Part shown: positions 36,560-50,740 of the stretch, piece after piece
How positions within the stretch are numbered: the first letter of the stretch is position 1
Layout of the letters: the number at the start of each line of letters is the position of its first letter
Source: Torpedo marmorata
Taxonomy: Eukaryota
Reading direction: 5' to 3'
NCBI GenBank assembly: GCA_977017645.1
Contig: OZ360255.1
Location: 34,658,001-34,722,000 of the forward strand
Length of the DNA: 64,000 bases
Made by a program: the position numbers and the translations under genes
Notes under the pieces: generated by a model
What the model saw: the letters and a program-made list of their open reading frames with translations, nothing else
Told to the model about the DNA's origin: nothing
The model's database searches: none

Positions 36560-37110
36560 ACAAGTCAAGTTTATTGTCATCTGATTGCACAAGTAGAACC
36601 CGACGAAACAGCGTTCTCCGGTCCTCGGAGCAAAACATGCAGACACACAACAGGATATAACACATGTACCAACAAATAATACACATGCAGGATAAGTATT
36701 TATACATACAAATACATAAATAAAATATTGTTTCGTAAATATAAGAGTCCCGGATGGTAAGTGTCAGCAGTACTTTGGTCGTTCTGCATTTTCACGGTTC
36801 ACGGGATGAAGCTGTTCCTGAGCCTGGTGGTGCTTCTCTGATACTCCTGTATCTCTTTACCGACGGGAATAGCTGAAAGATGATATGTGCGGTGTGGTAA
36901 GGGTCCTCATTGATTTTGGGCGCCCCCTTCAGACAAAGATCCCGGTAGATCCTATAGATGGAGATGGGCGGGGTGAAGGGAGACTCCAGTGATCCTCTCT
37001 GCCACTCTTATGGTCCTGTGGATTCACCTCCGATCCACATACCTGCAGCATCCGTTCCACACTGTGATGCAGCCAGCCAGGACGGTCGGTATAAGGCTGC
37101 TGCGGAAGAT
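36560..37110 (-). mobile_element. Older Rex1/Babar-type LINE 3' fragment
   Basis: caagtcaagtttattgtcat tail and decayed ILAGCITVW-type C-terminus. Confidence 0.65.
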
Positions 37111-37149
37111 TTACTGCCCTCGGACCTACGGTGTTGTTTCGACTCAGCA

Positions 37150-38760
37150 ATCTAAACCTTTCCTGCCTCACACCCATAACACTCAAATTGGTTGTATCCA
37201 TGCCCCTGGCTGTGTTTTAAATGAAACAACTCCACCACCACACCTGGTAATGCGTTGCAGGCAATACCAACATTTTGTGCAAAAAAGGTATCCCTGACGT
37301 TCTCGCTAAGCTTTACTGCCCTCACCTTAAACACATGTCCTCTGGTATTTGACACGGTCACCGCGGGACAAAACGCATTGCCTTTCCAACCTATTTCTAC
37401 CTCTCATAATCGTATCCTTCTCTATTAGGTCACTTCGCATCATTCTTGGCTTCACAGAGCTAGCTATTCCATCGCTCTTTGACCTGGCCTCGTCAGAAAT
37501 TAGACAAACGTGGGCTATTTTGTCTGGAGTCTTTGAGGATGAGGGGTGACCATTATGTAAATTTATAAAACCACGAGAAGAATTGTTAGGCTAGACAATC
37601 AGAGATTTCCCCAGGGACGAATTTTGACACAGAGCAGAACAATTGTTTCATGGAAAGGGAGGAACTTTGCTGGAGATCAACCGGGCAAACGAGGGAAGAT
37701 TTTGGTGGCGTGATGGCAATGTTCTTTGCGTCGTCGCCAACCAGAGGCTTGGTGCCAGAGGATTGAAGAATTGCAAATGCAGTCCACTTCGTCATGAAAG
37801 GTAATGCGGAGAGTTTTTCGTTATATAGACCAGTGCTTTCTCCGACAATGGTGGGAAAACCCTTGGAGATGATTTTATAGGACCCAATGCATTGACATTT
37901 CCCGAAACATAGACTTCACAATGGTAGATGTATGATTTTGTAACGGAAAGTTCATGTCTCACGAGTCAAAATGATTTTTACAAGGAGCTGACCAACGAAA
38001 TTGACGAAGGTAAGGCGGTTGATGTGGTGCATTAGAATATTAGGAAAACTATTTTAAAGACGTCTCCATTGACAGTTAATCCATAAAGTCACGAGGCATG
38101 ATATCCGTTGAAACTTGTCTGTGTGGATTCGAAATTGACTTGCCTCCAAAAGGCAGATAGCGGTAGTAGATGGGAAAATTTGTGGCTGAAGTTAGGTGAC
38201 TACTTGTATTCCGCATGGAACTGTTCTGGGACTCCCGCTTTTTTGTGAATGTCATAAATTACTTGAGGAAGTAGTGGATGGATGGTCAGTTAGTTTTCAG
38301 ATGACGCGAAGTTTGGAGTGGTTTTGGATAATGCAGAATATTTCCAGAGGTTACAAAAGGAATTAAGAAGGATGTCGTGTTGGGCAGATAAGGGGAAAAT
38401 GGATTTCATCCTGAAACGTGTGATGAAATGCACCTTGGAATGTCGAATATGAACGTGGAGTGCCTGGTTAATGACAGTGTTTTCAACGGTATGGAGGGTC
38501 AGATCGATCTTGGGGTCCAAGGGCATAGATAATTCAACATAGATGCGCATTTTCATAGGATGTGTAAGAATGTGAAAGGTGTGCTGGACTTTATTAATCG
38601 GGGGATTTGGGTTCAAGGTCCGCATGAAAATATTGTACCTCTATAAATATCTGGCAGGATCGATGTGGAGGTTTAGAGCGGGCGCAGAAGAGATTTATCA
38701 AGATGGTACCTGGATTTGAGATCATGTCTTCGGAAGCAAAGTTGGTACATAAATCCCTCG
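37150..38760. mobile_element. Decayed CR1 fragments (minus to ~37480, then plus)
   Basis: NTRGHVFKVR; FSDDAKFGVV remnant near 38295. Confidence 0.6.
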
Positions 38761-38927
38761 ACGTAGCTACGCAATTTCATAGAATAGGTTAGAAGGTGTC
38801 TATGTGCTGGCCTTCAGTAGTCATGGATTTGAGTTCCAGGGCCACCAGAAATTACAGGTTTGTTGTTATGGGGGACTTCAACTTCGCTAATATTGACTGG
38901 CACCTCCTGTCGTCAAGAGTGAGAGAT

Positions 38928-41900
38928 ATAACCATATAACCATAGAACAATTACAGCACAGAAACAGGCCAGTTCGGCCCTTCGAATCCATGCCGAACAC
39001 ATTCTCCCACCTAGTCCCACTGACCCGCACACCTCTCTCGTCCATATACCTATCCAAATTTTCCTTAAACATTAAAATTGAACCTGCATCTACCACTTCG
39101 GCCGGAAGCTCGTTCCACCCTCCTACCACCCTCTGAGTGAAGAAATTCCCCCTCATGTTTCCTCTAAACTTTCCCCCCTTCAATCTCAATCCATGCCCTC
39201 TTGTTTGAATAGTCCCCTCTCTCAATGGAAAAGTACTGTCCATCATTGACTCTATCTTTCCCCTTCATAATTTTAAATACCTCTATCAAATCACCCCTCA
39301 ACCTTCTACGCTCCAGGGAATAAAGTCCCAGCCTGTTCAACCTTTCCCTATAACTCAAACCGAGAAACCCAGGCAACATTCTTGTAAATCTCCTCTGCAC
39401 TCTCTCTATCCTGTTTATATCCTTCCTGTAATTCGAAGACCAAAACTGCACACAATATTCCAAATTTGGCCTCACCAATGCCTTATACAACTTCAACATG
39501 AAATCCCATTTCCTATATTCAATACTCTGATTTATGAAGGCCAACATACCAAATGCCTTCTTCACCACCTTATCTACGTGTGACTCAACTTTCAGGGAAT
39601 TATGTACCAGAATTCCTAAATCCCTCTGTTCTACTGCACTTCTCAATTGTCTTCCATTTAACATGTATGACCTTTGCTGATTAATCCTACCAAAATGTAG
39701 AACCTCACATTTATCAGTATTAAATTCCATCTGCCATGTCTCCGCCCACTCTTCTAACTGTCCAATATCGCCCTGCAAGCTTTGATATCCTTCTTCACTG
39801 TCCACAACACCACCAATCTTCGTATCATCTGTATACCTACTAATCCAATGTACCACCCTATAATCTAGATCATTAATATATATGACAAACAACAATGGAC
39901 CCAGTACCGATCCCTGAGGCACTCCACTAGTCATCAGCCTCCAATTTGAAAAACAATTTTCCACCACTACTCTCTGGCATCTCCTATCCAACCATTGTTG
40001 AATCCATTTCACTACTTCGTCGTAAATACCTAATGCTTGAACCTTCCCAACGAGCCTCTTATGCGGAACCTTGTCAAATGCCTAACTAAAGTCCATATAG
40101 ACAACATCCACAGCCTTCCCCTCGTCAACCCTCTTAGTAACCTCATCGAAAAACACTATGAGATTTGTCAAACATGATCTACCACGAAAAAAACCGTGTT
40201 AACTACTCCTAATCAATGCTTGTCTTTCCAAATAATTGTATACACCATCTCTAAGAACACTCTCCATTAACTTACCCACCACCGATGTCAGACTCACAGG
40301 CCTATAATTTCCAGGTTTACTTTTGGAGCCCTTCTTAAACAGCAGGACAACATGAGCTACCCTCCAATCCTCCGGCACCTTCCCCGTGGCCAGTGACAAT
40401 TTAAATATTTCTGTCAGAGCCCCCACTATTTGTACACTAACCTCCCTCAGGGTCCTCGGGAATATCCTGTCAGGACCTGGAAATTTATCTACCTTTATAC
40501 TCTTTAAAATAGCTAATACTACCTCCTCATTAATCTTTATATTATCCATGACCTCCCTGCCAGATTGCCTTACTTCACCTGGCTCAATATTCCTTTCCTT
40601 TGTAAATACTGAAGAAACAATTCAATTAAAATCTCCCCCATCTCCTCTGACTTGTCACATATCCTACCCGTCTGATCCTCAATGGGCCCAATTTTATCCC
40701 TCACTATTCTTTTGCTTTTAACGTACCTGTAGAAACCCTTTGGATGTATTTTCACCTTGCCTGCCAAAGCAGCCTCATATCTCCTTTTAGCCTTTCTAAT
40801 ATCTTTCTTTTTTTTTTAATAATTTTATTTAATTTTTTTAAAATCACAAAATACATATGTCAAAAAAATAGTATATTATTGAAAATACATGTGATATATT
40901 ACCACCCCCCCTTCCCACCCTCCCCTCCCCAACCCTCCCACGCTATCTAATAAAAAGAAAAAAATAGAGTATAAAAATGTTAATTAAAAGAAAAGAAAAA
41001 GATTGAATAATAAAGTTAAGAAAGTTAGTGTTAGTATGAGGAGAAAACTATTTCAAGCTAACTCTACCTGTATATTGGAGGTTACTTTGTCAGCGGTACT
41101 AACTTCTAGAGAATTAATTCATACCCATAATTCTCATGTATGGGCTCCAGATTTTCAGAAAGAAATGATATTTGTCTCGTAAATTATACGTAATTTTTTC
41201 CAATGGTATACACGAGCGTAACTCTGCATGTAATCTATCCAAATTTAAATCTAAGTCTGATTTCCAAGTAATAGCAATACATTTTTTTGAAATTGCTAAC
41301 ACAATTCGTAAAAATTCTATTTGGTACATATTCAATCTATTTCTAATACTGATTTTTTAATATCTCCAAACAGAAATATCATAGGGTCCATTGGAATCGT
41401 AATATTAAGAATTTCTAATTTCTTTCTTAAGATTTTTTTACACTCCTTATATTCCTCAAGGACCTCATCTATTCCCTGCTGTCTATACCTGTTGTCCACA
41501 TTCCTCTTCTTCCGAACCAAATTCCCAATATCCTTTGAAAACCAAGGCTTCCTATATTTTCTAACTCTTCCTTTAATCCTCACAGGGACGAACCGACTCT
41601 GTACTCTCAAAATCTTCCCTTTGAATATCCTCCATTTATCTGTGACATCCTTTCCTAAAAATAAATTATCCCAATCCACACCCTCTAAATCTTTCCTCAT
41701 CTCCTCAAAATTTGCCTTATTCCAATAAAGAATCTCCACCTTAAGCCCAGCCCTTTCCTTCTCCATTATCAACCTAAAACTAATGGTATTATGATCACTA
41801 GACCCAAAGTGTTCCCCAACACAAACCTCTGTCACCTGACCTAACTCGTTCCCAAATAGGAGATCCAATACTGCCGCCTCTCTCGTCCGTTCTTCTATGT

Positions 41901-42761
41901 ATTGATTGAGAAATCTTTCCTGAACACATTTGACAAACTCCACCCCATCCTGCCCTATTACAGTATGGGCGTCCCAGTCAATATGTGGAAAGTTAAAATC
42001 ACCTATAATCACCACCTTATGCTTATTACACATATATTCTATTTCCTTACCAATTTCCTCCTCTAATTCTGTCTGCCCATTCGGTGGTCTATAATACACT
42101 CCCATTAGTGTTTTCATGCCTTTCCCATTCCTCAATTCCACCCAAATAGCCTCACTGGACGGTCCCTCCAATCTATCCTGCCATAGCACCGCTGTAATGG
42201 TTTCTCTAACAAGCACTGCGACACCTCCACCTTTTATCCCCCCTGTTCTATCACCCCTAAAACAACGGAATCCAGGAATATTTAGCTGCCAATCATGCCC
42301 CTCCTGCAACCAAGTTTAACTGATGGCTACAATATCATATTTCCATGTATCAATCCATACTCTAAGCTCATCCACCTTTCTTACAATGCTTCTTGCATTG
42401 AAATATATACACTTGAGAGAATGTCACCCACATATACTCCTTTGATTGCCCTCTCCTTCATTAACTTTAACATTCTGGTTCCTCTCTTCCTTTCGAATAT
42501 AGGTGTTCTTCTACTCTACTCTCCGCATTTACATTCTTATTCCCACCCCCCTGCCAAACTAGTTTAAACCCTCCCCAACAGCACTAGCAAACCTGCCTGC
42601 CAGGACTTCATCCCCATTTCTTTCTCTGTCATTGGTCCCCACGTGGACCACGACACATGGCTGCTCGACCTCCCCCTCCAGAATGCTGAGTACTCGATCA
42701 GAGACATCCCTGACCCTGGCACCTGGAAGGCAACATACTAACCGGGAGCTCCGATCTCGTC
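38928..42761 (-). mobile_element. Younger CR1 LINE (ORF1 remnant, APE endonuclease, RT)
   Basis: GDFNFPHIDW and SDHN (41332..42309). GVPQGSVLGP and YTDD (39164..40012). CLPGARVRD...VHVGTND ORF1 esterase motif. (tatggtta)n tail. Confidence 0.93.
40810..41411 (-). mobile_element. L1 3' fragment nested in the CR1
   Basis: C-terminal peptide identical to the 24575 L1. 17-bp TSD tttctaat(a/t)tctttctt at 40793-40809 and 41412-41428. Confidence 0.93.
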
Positions 42762-45449
42762 CAGAATTTGTCAGGTATGTCCAATAAGGATTCCTGACAC
42801 AGGATGTGGACCGGCCGACCAGAGGGGAGGCCATACGGGATCTAGTACCTGGTCAGGTGGTAGTCCTCGTGGTGGGGGAGCATTTCGGTGTTAGTGACCA
42901 CAACTCCCTGAGCTATTGTGTACCTATGGACACAAAGAAAACAGACAAAATGGTAAAGTGTTTAATTGAGGTAGGGCTAATTATGATGGGATGAAGCAGG
43001 AAATAGGGAGAGTAAATTGGGAACAGATGTTCTCGGAAGAATGCACAGAAGTAATGTGGAGGATGTTTAGCGATAACTTGTGTGGGGTTCTGTATTGGTT
43101 TGTCCCACTGACACAGGGAAAATATGATAGGAAAAGGGAACCGAGGTTGACACAAAAGGTGAGGCAGCTAGTTAAGAAGAAGACGGAAGCAAATGTTAGA
43201 TTCAGAAAGCAGGGAACAGAAAGGGATCATTAGAAATATATGGTAGCCAGGAAGGAACTAATGAAATTACTTAGGAGAGCTCGAAGGGGATTGAGAAGGC
43301 GTTGGCGAATAGGATTAAGTAGAACCTCAAGGCGTTCTATGCGAATGCGAAGAACAGAAGGATGATGAGAATGAAGACGAGTCCACATAAGGATAACGGA
43401 GGCAACATGTACCTGGAGGCGAAGGAATTAGGAGAGAACCTAAATGAAAACTTTGCTTCAGTATTCACCAGAGAAAATTACGTTGATTAGGGTGAGTTCG
43501 GAATAGAGCAGGCATGTGCGCTGGACGAAGTTTAGATTAGGGAAAAGAAAGTGTTGGACTTCTTAAGCCATTAAGATTGATAAGTCCCAGGGGCTGGACG
43601 CGAGATTCCCCAGGTTGCCGTGGGAAGGGAGGGAAGAGATAACTAGGGCGTTGGCTATGCTCTTTGAGTCTTCGTTGGCCAGACGGAAGGTGCCGGAGGC
43701 TTGTAGAATAGCTAACGTAGTTCCATTGTTTCAACAACTGTTAGGGAGTTACCTGGGAATCTGGGAATTATAGACTGGTGTGTCTTACGTCAGTGGTGTG
43801 CAAACTATTGGAGAGTATTCCTAAGGATAGGATTTACGAGCATTTGGAAAAGTAGCGTCTACTCAGGAGTATTCAGCATTTCTTTGTGAATCGAAGGTCG
43901 TGCCACACGAGCCGAATTGCGCTTTTTGAGGAAGTTATAAAATAAATTGATGAAGGTAGGGTCTTTCTGGATTTTAGTCAGGTTTGTGACAAGATCCCCA
44001 TGAGACACTCGTTCAGAAAGTCATGAGGTATGGGATACATAGAACCTTTGCTGTGTGGATTAAAAATGACGTGCGTGTAGAAAGCAGAGTAGTAGTGGAC
44101 GGAAAGTGTTCTTCCTGGAGGTCAGTGACTAGAGGACTTCCGCGGGAAATTGTTCTGGCACCACCACTCTTTGATTATTTTTATAAATGACCTGGATGGT
44201 GAAGCGAAATGATTGTTACTAAGTTTTCGGATGATACAAAGGTTGGAGGAGTTGTGGATAGGTCTAAAAGTTGTCGTAGGTTACAAAAGGAAAAAGAGAC
44301 AGGATGCAGAGTTGGGCGGAGAAGTGTCAGATGGAGATCAATCCGGATAAGTGTGAGGTTATGCATTTTGGGAGGTCAAACCAGAAGGCTGAGAACAGGG
44401 TTAATGGTCGGATACTGAAGAGTGTGAAGTGACAGAGGGACCGTGGGGTTTAAATACATATATCTCTCAAGGATTCCGCGCAGGTTGACAGGCTAGGTAA
44501 GAAGGAATCTGGGATTATGGGTTTTATTAATTGAGGGATTAAGTTCAAGATTCGAGAGGTCATGTTGGAATTCTACAAATCTCCGGTGAGACCTCACTTA
44601 GAGAATTGTGTTCAGGTTTGGTCACCTAATTACAGGAAGTATGTGGAAACTGTGGAGAGCGTAGAGAGGAGATTTACCACGGTGTTGCATTGATTGGAAT
44701 ATAAGTCTTATGAGGCACGGTTAGCAGAGCAAGGACTTTTCTCTGGAGGGAAGAAGGATGAGAGGAGGATTAGTAAATGTCTACATGATTCTGAGAGGCA
44801 TTGATAAGGTGGTCAGGCAGCGCTCTTTTCACAGGGAAGGAATAGCAAACACCAGAGGGCATCTCTACAAAGTGAAGGGAGGAAGGTTCAGGGGAGACAT
44901 CAGGGGTATGTTTTTACACAAATAGTTGTGGGTGCCTGGAATTCCTTGCCAAGGATGGCGGTGGAGGCTGAAACATTAGGGGCGTTTAAGATCCTCTTAT
45001 ACAGGCACATAGACAAAAGAAAAATACAGGTCTACAGGGCCTTTACTGTGCTGTAATGTTTTATGTTCAATGTTCTATTTTCTAACTGGATTTTCAGATT
45101 CTCGTTTGATTTGTGCCATTGATTACAATTAATACTATCGAATTAAAACGTAAGGGAATTAAGATCGTGAAGGCCTCTGCCAATTATTAGGGGTTGTAGT
45201 GGGCCGGCTCTGGTACACATACCATTCATTTTTCCCTTTTGTTGTGCAGAACACTGTTTGCAACGGTATTCCACCCTCAGAGTGGATAGGGATATGAGAA
45301 CAAATCCAGCAATTAGAAATATTAAATTATTTAGCATATAAGTAAGAGATATGAGGAAGAGAAAATTGTTCTCTTCTATGCAGTTTAGCCAATGGTCACA
45401 GCAGCAAAAAAACACACTCAGGCAACAATTTCATTGTTCGTTTTCCGCT

Positions 45450-48340
45450 TCCAGCTGCGTGCATATCTGTCCAAATTTCTAACAGTCTGTCCGATGAATC
45501 CACCTTGGATGTCTTTCAGGTTTTACCGCAGATGCAATGGCAAGGAGTACTTCAGATGGACCTTTCCATCGTGGCCCCAATTTCTACTGTTTCTGAGCCT
45601 TGTTTAATACGTAGTCACCTGGCTGAGTCACGGGATAATCGCCCTTTTCCTTATCGTTTATGTCCTTTGTCCGATTTACTTGGCGTACCTGTGAATGCAA
45701 AACTTGGAATTATTTGGTTAATTACTGTAAATATTTCCATATTTCTTCTCCCAACAGATGTAAAATCTATTTGAACTGGTATACTGGGCTGAGCTCCCAA
45801 AGGGGTCCGCAATGATCGTCAGTAGATCATCTCTGCAGCTGTTAATCCGGACCTGGTTTGCAGAGAAACCCTCATCTGAAGTAATGCATGAGGCATCACC
45901 TTCAGCCAATTCAGCCTACATTCCTCAATCAATTTAGCTAATTCCCATTTTAAGGCACCATTTGCACGTTCCACTATTCCAGCTGCTTGAGGGTGGTGAT
46001 GACAGTGGAACTGCTGATCAATTGCGAAAGCATTGCATGGCTCTTCATTTAAAAAAAAAATAAAGGGTGGACCACTGTCCGAAATTAACATTTCAGGCAG
46101 TCCGTAACGTGGAATAATTTCTCGTAACAGTATTTTTACAGCAGTCAATGCATTATTATTGGTGCTAGGTGTAGCTTCAGTCCACCGACTAAACACATTT
46201 GCAATTAACAAACAATATTTGCAGCAATGTACATGGACACGCAACAACTCAATAAAATCAAGTTGCAAGCATGAAAAAGTGCATTTGGCAAGGGGAGCAC
46301 ATGGTGGCACATGTCCCGGTGGCAGATAGGCCTCCCTTTCCAACATTATGACCCTGGCAAATAAGACGCTTTTGCCCTCCTTTCGGCGGCCTAATGGCAT
46401 TTTGGATGCCACCCGTCTGTAAAAGATTATTTACCATATTCTCCGTTACAGAATGGATACAGGTATGTACATAATCGACTAACAGTGGTAGCAACTGCGT
46501 GGGGACGCAAACGTGACCGGCTGGTGTTGTCAAAAAATTAGTAGTGGGGTACAGGATGCACCATCTATCGGTCCACGTTGGCGCTCCCAACAGAGGTGTC
46601 CCTCTGAGAAGTTCGTGCTGCCACCATATCTGGTAAACCCGTCCTGTTTGAGGTGCGGAGAGGTGCTTGAAAATATGCCATAGGAACTATAAGTTTAGGG
46701 TGTGTTTCAGTTTGTTTTGCTATGTATTCAGCCTGCTTTCAGCCCAATGACACAGAATCTATGGCATTGGTGTGAGAAGTATATTTGATGCCAGGTATTT
46801 TGGCAGAGAGTAGCAAAGCTTTTCACACATTTACATAAAAGGGGTGTTATTAATAGGTGTACTAGCAGAAGTGAGGAATCCCCGGTGTTACCACAGTGGA
46901 CCATAATCATGTGTTACTCTAATGGCCTAACGAGAATCAATATAAATGTTAACAGAACAACCGGTACTTAAAGTGGAAGCGCGAGAAAGTGCAAGAAGTT
47001 CAGCTTTTTGAGCAGAGAAGGGTGAAGGAAAAGAAGCACTCAATGCATCCGGAATCAGAAACATTAGCATAGCCAGAGAATCGCTGACCAGTATCACCAA
47101 TGAAAGAGCTACCATATACATAAATTGTTAAATCGACACCTGAGAGCGCATCGAGAGGTTGTAAAAACATTGTTACGGAGTAGGCAAACGTTGTCAGAAG
47201 AAGACAATTCGTAAGGTGGTGATTGTAAAAAGGTGGAGGGGTTACGACTTGCGCAATGTTGAAAGGATTGTTAAGTAAAACCATTTCATACTTCTTATGG
47301 CGTGCCTGGGTTAGGTGCTGAGTTTGCTGCCGACGTTGGAAGATTTACTTTGCAATGCTGGGTGTAAACCTGAAGAGGTTGTGGTAAAGTTATATTAGCT
47401 GTAGGAAAAATCTGAGAACAGGGAAGCATTCCCAATGCAACAGGATCTAATTTCTTTGAGGAGTTAGCTACTGGTCGGTCTGGTTCACCGTGGGTGAGCC
47501 ATGAAGAATAGTAACATAAAGTTGATCATGTAGCGAAGTCCCAAAGCAGGTGCTTGTAATAAGCTTTGCTTTAAGGCTTCAAACGCGGCGCATTCAGTAA
47601 GAGCCAAATTATATTGTAACGTTGCTTTATGAAGCATAAGGCGATAACAATTCAGTGCATGCGGTAACATTGGAAATCCACTGTCTGCAGAAGTTGGTAA
47701 ATTCTAAATAAAGGCTCTCATTTGTTTGCTGCGTGTGGTATCAGAACGTGTACAATGGGGTTGATCCTGTGTTCCGTTAACCTCCGGTCTGTTGCCCTAA
47801 GTTGAATGCCTCGGAATTTAATGTTTTCTTGGCCTTGTGGGGAGGTATAACATAGCCGAATGTTAAGCATTCAGCAGAAAAGTGAATTGTCCATCGAAAG
47901 TGAAGGCAAATAGATATTGATAACTTTGGTGGATGGGGATGGAAAAGAAAGCATGTTGAAGATCAATCACAGTAAAAATCACTGAAACAGCTGGGATCTG
48001 ACTGAGAATTGTGGCGGGATTTGGCATAATTTGATGGAGAGGAGTCACAATTTTATTTATTTTCCGTAGATCTTTGACAAGGCGCCATTCCTTCCTGCCA
48101 GGTTTAGGAAAATGGGGGTATTAAAAGGTGACTGGCAAGAACTAAAATTCCTTGTCGGACTCCAACTACAGCCTCAGACTTCAGCGGATATTGTGTGATT
48201 GACGGTAAGGTACAGTTTGGACGAATTATGAGTTATACGGTTGGGAAGGTTGTTAAACCTACTTCAAGTCTGGAGGCGACCCACAGACCTGGAACTGGAT
48301 CCTGTGTGGATAGGACACAAGAGGTGTGATGTTGAATAAC
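45450..48340 (-). mobile_element. Degenerate class I (epsilon-like) ERV pol: RT (internally deleted), RNase H, integrase
   Basis: VIDLQHAFFSIP; SAQKAELLALSRA...VNIYIDSR; LQLDFIEL...RYGLPEMLISDSG...HPQAAGIVERANG. Confidence 0.88.
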
Positions 48341-48860
48341 TCCCTTGAATAACTCCCCCCATAATGGCGCCTTACAGCGGCGACTCTTTGCGTGCAGCTC
48401 TGAAGGGAATAATCAAATATTCCCGTTCAGAACTTCTAAAAATCAACAAAAAACGAGAAACATAAAATCAAACTTACCCGACAACATGGATGTACTAAAA
48501 TCGCTGGCAGACTCGGAATCGGCAGAAGCAGCACTCTCCGTCGGGCCGCGGGACCTTTAAACAGCTCAAGCAAGTACAACAACAAAACCGCGGGAGTTTT
48601 AAACAGCCAGACAACGGGCCATTTAATCTTCGCGGGAGTCGCAGACAGCAGGCACTCAGCACACTTACACATCGCGGAGGATTTAATGGGACAGCGCACT
48701 GCCCATTTAAACACCGCGGGAACTACCGGCAGCGGACCCACTGGCCAGGTAAAGCAGACCCGACCACGTGGATGCAGAGCGGGGCTACAGGTCAAGCTGA
48801 AACGCGGAGACCTGAAGCTTCCGCTCCCTACGATCCTCCTGGCCAACGGAGAACAAACTT

Positions 48861-49900
48861 CTTTTTAAAAACATTTTATTTAAAATTTTAAATCACAAAA
48901 TACATAAGATAAAATATAAAATTGTCAAACTACATGTGATAAATTTTCACCCCCCCCCCCCCCACCCTCCCCTCCCCTCCCTAACCCTCCGACCCCTTCT
49001 TATCTAATAAAGATAAAAAGAAAGTAAGAAATAAAAAGATAGTATTAGGAGAATGTCAATCTAAAAAAATACATCAATAACTAATTTTATTATGGAGGAT
49101 AGGTTCGCCAGTCAGATCCAATGTCCAGAGTTGTTCAAATCCTCAAACCAACAACCTTCATATAAGGGCTCCATATTTTCAAAAATAAATGATATTTATT
49201 ACGTAAATTATAAGAATTTTTTTCAAGTGGTATACAAGAACGAAGTTCTGCATGCTATCTTTCTAACCCTAAATCTACATTAGATTTCCAAGTAATAGCA
49301 ATACACTTCTTAGAAATAGCTAAAGCAATTCGCAAAAATTCTATTTGATACATATTTAATTTCATCTTAATACTAAATCTTTTAATATCTCCATATAAAA
49401 ATATCATAGGGTCCATTGGGAATGTAATGTTTAATACTTTATCTGAAAACTTTTGAACTTTCAACCAAACATCATAAACCTTTGGACAAAACCATGTAGA
49501 ATGTACAAAAGAAGCTTCCTCTCCATTACATCTAAAACATAAGCCTTATAATGTCGCGTTAAATTTCTTTAATTTTTTAGGCGTTAAAAATAATTGATGA
49601 AAAAATTATATTGAACTAATCTATATCTAACATTAATAATCTTCGTCATACTTAGTTTACATTATTCTTTCCAATGATCTTCATCTATTGTTACATTCAA
49701 ATCTGATTCCCATTTTAATCTTGATTTATGAATTCCTACTTTAGGGATTTTTCTCTGAAACAATCTATACATTTGGGAAATAAATTTATTTACACCCCCG
49801 TTAGTAACTAATAATTCTAACTCACTCTGTCTTGGTAAAATCAAATTATAACCTAATTTCCCAACTAAAAATGCTCTAATTTGATAATAAGGAAAAACTT
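48861..49900 (-). mobile_element. L1 3' fragment nested in the Rex1/Babar element
   Basis: ORF2 C-terminal peptides. TSD gga(g/a)aacaaactt at 48848-48860 and 49901-49913. Confidence 0.88.
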
Positions 49901-50624
49901 GGAAAACAAACTTGATGAACTCCAAGCCAGACTTCAACATCAAAGAGTCATCAGGGAGTGCTGCGTAATGTGCTTTACAGAAACATGGCTAAACGCGGAC
50001 ATTCCAGACACGGCGCTGCAACCCAAGGGCGACACCCTTCATCGCGCTGACCAAACACCAGCTTCTGGAAAAACCAGGGGAGGCGGCGTTTGTGCACAGA
50101 CGTGATGGTCATGTCCCAGTCCTGCTCCCCCGACCTGGAACATCTGGCGATAAATTGTCGCCCAATCTACCTGCCGAGGGAGTTCGGCATCGTGCTGGTC
50201 GCAGCGTACAGTCCGCCCCAGGCTAACGTCAGGCTGGCACTGGAGGGAATGATACAGCACATCCTCATGTCTTCCCGATCATTGTGGGAGACTTCAATCA
50301 GGCCAATCTGAAGAAGTCACTGTCAATCTGCCACCAACACGTCATATTCGAGACCAGGGGAACCAACACACTCGACCACTGCTACACCACCATCAAGTAC
50401 GCGTATCGAGCCATACCACGACCACACTTCGGCTAGTCTGATCACCTGGCCGTACTTCTACTGCCTGCGTTCAAGCAGAGACTAAAGACCAAAGCACCAG
50501 TTGTGAGGACGGCGAAAGTATGGTCGAGGGACGTGGAGGAACGTCTGCAGGACTGCTTTGAATTGGTAGACTGGAACATATTTAAGAACTCATCCATAGA
50601 CATGAATGAATATGCCAAAGGTGT

Positions 50625-50740
50625 AAAACACGAAAATCTGTAGACACCGTGGTTGAAGTAAAAAACACAAATGCTGGAGAAACTCAGCAGTAAAAGACAC
50701 TGTTTGACCTGCTGAGTTTCTCCAGCATTTGTGTTATTTA
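50625..50740. mobile_element. Small palindromic Penelope-pLTR-derived insertion
   Basis: Perfect 27-bp inverted repeat (50664-50690 / 50709-50735). Degenerate 13-bp TSD at 50612-50624 / 50741-50753. Confidence 0.75.

Larger units (their letters stand above)
38850..45075 (+). mobile_element. Old CR1 LINE (endonuclease-RT-tail) split by a younger antisense CR1
   Basis: GDFNFANIDW at ~38871 resumes at ~42762 (EFV..VQ..FLTQ.VDRPTRGEAI). KFSDDTKVGG at ~44220, tail at ~45070. Confidence 0.8.

Noticed and set aside
45143-45415. Hydrophobic ORF downstream of integrase as env
   Set aside because: The position is plausible, but no furin site, CX6CC or immunosuppressive motif is visible, so it is not supportable.
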